64,000 bases of DNA from Pocillopora damicornis (lineage: Eukaryota), in contig NW_020844463.1 in assembly GCF_003704095.1 (NCBI RefSeq), positions 124,001-188,000 on the forward strand, given 5' to 3'. Position 1 is the stretch's first letter; each line of letters starts with the position of its first letter. The translations under genes and the position numbers were made by a program. This document shows positions 62,401-64,000 of this stretch, in pieces. The notes beneath the pieces are model-generated. The model saw only the letters and a program-made list of their open reading frames with translations, was not told the origin of the DNA and did not search any database.

Positions 62401-64000
62401 TTCTTCAGTCCATTGTAATCACTTTCGATTCTAATTCGTTACATTAACTAATTTTGGTTCCAACGCGAAACAGGTAGTATGACAAAACGAAAAGTTTGCA
62501 CAATCACGTCACGCAATCCATCAAGCCGGGTTTGTCCAATTGATTTTGATGGTCGCAGGGAAATGTCGAGTTTGTCGTTCAAAACCGTTGTGGTCCATAA
62601 GAGCGTGACATCATTAATGACGGAAACAAATTTTTAGAAAGGAGGGCGAGTTCATCGGGTTGCGCGTACTAAATCTCGGGAGAAACTGCAGGAATTGTTT
62701 TAGAGTGTATGCGTTTTGTTTTGTAAATATAAACTCTGACCTATTTTAACTTGTTTTTGTGTCCTTTTAAGCAACGCGATATGTCTGTTATGACCAGAGT
62801 GCCAAAGTTTGTTCTTTAATTTTGATCTTCTCCACACTGTGCGTAATTCATGACCTGATATTTCAACGTAAATTATCGGAAAGGCGCCTTTTGATTACTT
62901 TTGTTTACTTTGAAAGTCACGCAAACGCGCAAGCGTTACGACCGATAACGTTTACGCAACGTTTTAGGACAACTCGGCATCTATTCTCCATTCAGCTGCT
63001 ATGAAAACCTAAAATCCTCAACGTAGAAGATAAACGAACGAAGTTTGAACGGTCAAAAGGAGATCTTGGTCAATTTTCAGAATCATGCAAATAATCTTTG
63101 ACACGAATGCAATTGAGCAAACACATCGTTTTGCGTTGTTTGTAAGAAGTTGGTGGATGGAAGCTACAGATATACCCGCAGGTTTGAGGCAATCCGTGAC
63201 CTCATTGATGTATAAACTATGCACTGATATGTTTTTTTCAGCCCGATTATCGCCTGTGTTATGAGAATTCTTTCGTACAAAGTAGTGAATTTTTAAAATG
63301 CAAATTAAGGTCGCAGAGAAGGGTCTCCTCTGATCCCGCTGGTAAGAAAAATATTTCAGATGAAGTTTCCATATTTTGTCTGTGAACTAACTGAATACAT
63401 CTTGTAACTTGTAGCGAGATAGAATTCTGTGAGCTACATTGTTGCAGTCGCTGCGCGCTGGACAAAATCTTTGAAATTTACACTTTTGATCGTTGTCCAC
63501 AGGAGTGGTCTTGCCAAAAATCATTTTTGGCTTGTACGACGCAAGAAAAAGAGAATTGGAGAACAACTAAGCTATTTTTGAAACATGTGTCCTTAACCCT
63601 TTTCATGGGCAAAAAATAAAAAAAAAGTTTTCTCCGACGGGAAATCGAGAGGACCGCTCTTAGCGAGAGCGGCACAAATTTATAAAATGCAGTTCATTTC
63701 GAGAAATAAAATATCAAAAATAAAGTGAACTAAGAAAAAAGAGTAAATAACAGCGACATCACCAAGACACCGGAGCAAACAAACAAAATGAAGACACAAG
63801 GACTGGAGCATCTAACGAATTTGTGGCTAACCTCAAATATGAATATAAAATCAAAGTGTGACAATTATTAAAAATAGAAAAAATTAAAAAAGGCTATATT
63901 ACGAAACAAAGTCCAAAACGACCACATAGAAAGAATAACGGCTCACCACTTTGAGTCCCTCATGAAGTCCATCGAATACCCTTGACTCTTGCAAACAAAC
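53146..64000 (-). CDS. Paralog D: apparently intact member (5' end beyond the window): H-lectin-like triplets, follistatin/Kazal, C-type lectin, 2x EGF, CUB, 2x SRCR, TGA, in-frame TM extension
   Basis: Exons: >64000-63947, 61915-61802, 61390-61268, 60811-60715, 60208-59990, 59450-59074, 58612-58445, 58029-57919, 57349-57230, 56892-56802, 56654-56271, 56014-55889, 55492-55370, 55067-54699, 54035-53404 (TGA), extension to 53146. Lengths and phases match A and B. Confidence 0.9.
53356..53394 (-). promoter_or_regulatory. Homologous stem-loop (D)
   Basis: GAUAUU / GAUGUC (4 Watson-Crick and 2 G-U pairs) plus an inner ACCU/AGGU or GAC/GUC pairing, starting 9 nt after UGA. Confidence 0.5.
53404..54035 (-). 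CDS. Paralog D exon with two SRCR domains
   Basis: [33 protein letters not shown]...[14 protein letters not shown]..., with a second unit ending HSEDASVVC. Confidence 0.93.
54699..55067 (-). CDS. Paralog D CUB exon
   Basis: YKSDMDCTWNITSNGHIELVFIRLKTE...VTVYDG...LYVRFTSD...GFRARY. Confidence 0.9.
55637..55918. repeat. Tandem duplication of about 140 bp spanning the EGF1 exon end and donor site of D
   Basis: aacgtactct...gaaattctaagacagcatatttta...tattgttaaaattaacaaacctt...tccttgtt..catccaaacgg occurs twice. Confidence 0.8.
56271..56654 (-). CDS. Paralog D C-type lectin exon
   Basis: SWLGLTD...WAKDQPNNYGNEDCV...WNDVNC. Confidence 0.92.
59990..60208 (-). CDS. Paralog D follistatin/Kazal exon
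   Basis: DPCRDINCTYESFC...[20 protein letters not shown]...HPGSC. Confidence 0.9.
62221..63675. mobile_element. 1.45-kb non-autonomous DNA transposon with approximately 60-bp terminal inverted repeats, in an intron of D
   Basis: Left end GTGCCGCTCTCGCTAAGAGCGGTCCTCTCGAcTTCCC.TCGGAGAAA is the reverse complement of the right end ...TTTCTCCGAcGGGAAaTCGAGAGGACCGCTCTTAGCGAGAGCGGCAC. No transposase ORF. Confidence 0.85.

Overview
Eukaryotic genomic DNA: AT-rich, GT-AG introns, four N-gaps near the left end. The interspersed repeats and domain content suggest an anthozoan cnidarian such as a stony coral (inference). The window holds a tandem array of four minus-strand paralogs, which I label D (>64000-53146), C (46277-43151, pseudogene), B (34957-20606) and A (17146-<2191), plus an inverted plus-strand fragment of an A-like copy (1-1899). 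I mapped the exons by hand from splice sites. The shared architecture is: signal peptide, 3 H-type-lectin-like domains, follistatin/Kazal, 3 more H-type-lectin-like domains, C-type lectin (QPN/WND), 2 to 10 Ca-binding EGF repeats, CUB, and 2 SRCR domains (the SRCR exon is not visible for A). Main discovery: in B and D the SRCR exon ends at a TGA in the same position. That TGA is followed in frame by a conserved linker, transmembrane helix and basic tail, and by a 39-nt stem-loop starting exactly 9 nt after the stop, with compensatory base changes across B, C and D. Paralog C has CGA (Arg) at that codon. This suggests programmed stop-codon readthrough that makes secreted and membrane-anchored forms of a multi-lectin pattern-recognition receptor from one mRNA. 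It is untested and rests on only three aligned copies. Other observations: the lectin-like domains come in single-chain triplets, C looks like a B/D chimera with four Cys-to-TGA changes and an internal inversion, B has two 5' lesions, and there are assorted MITEs, a SINE and a Gypsy remnant.
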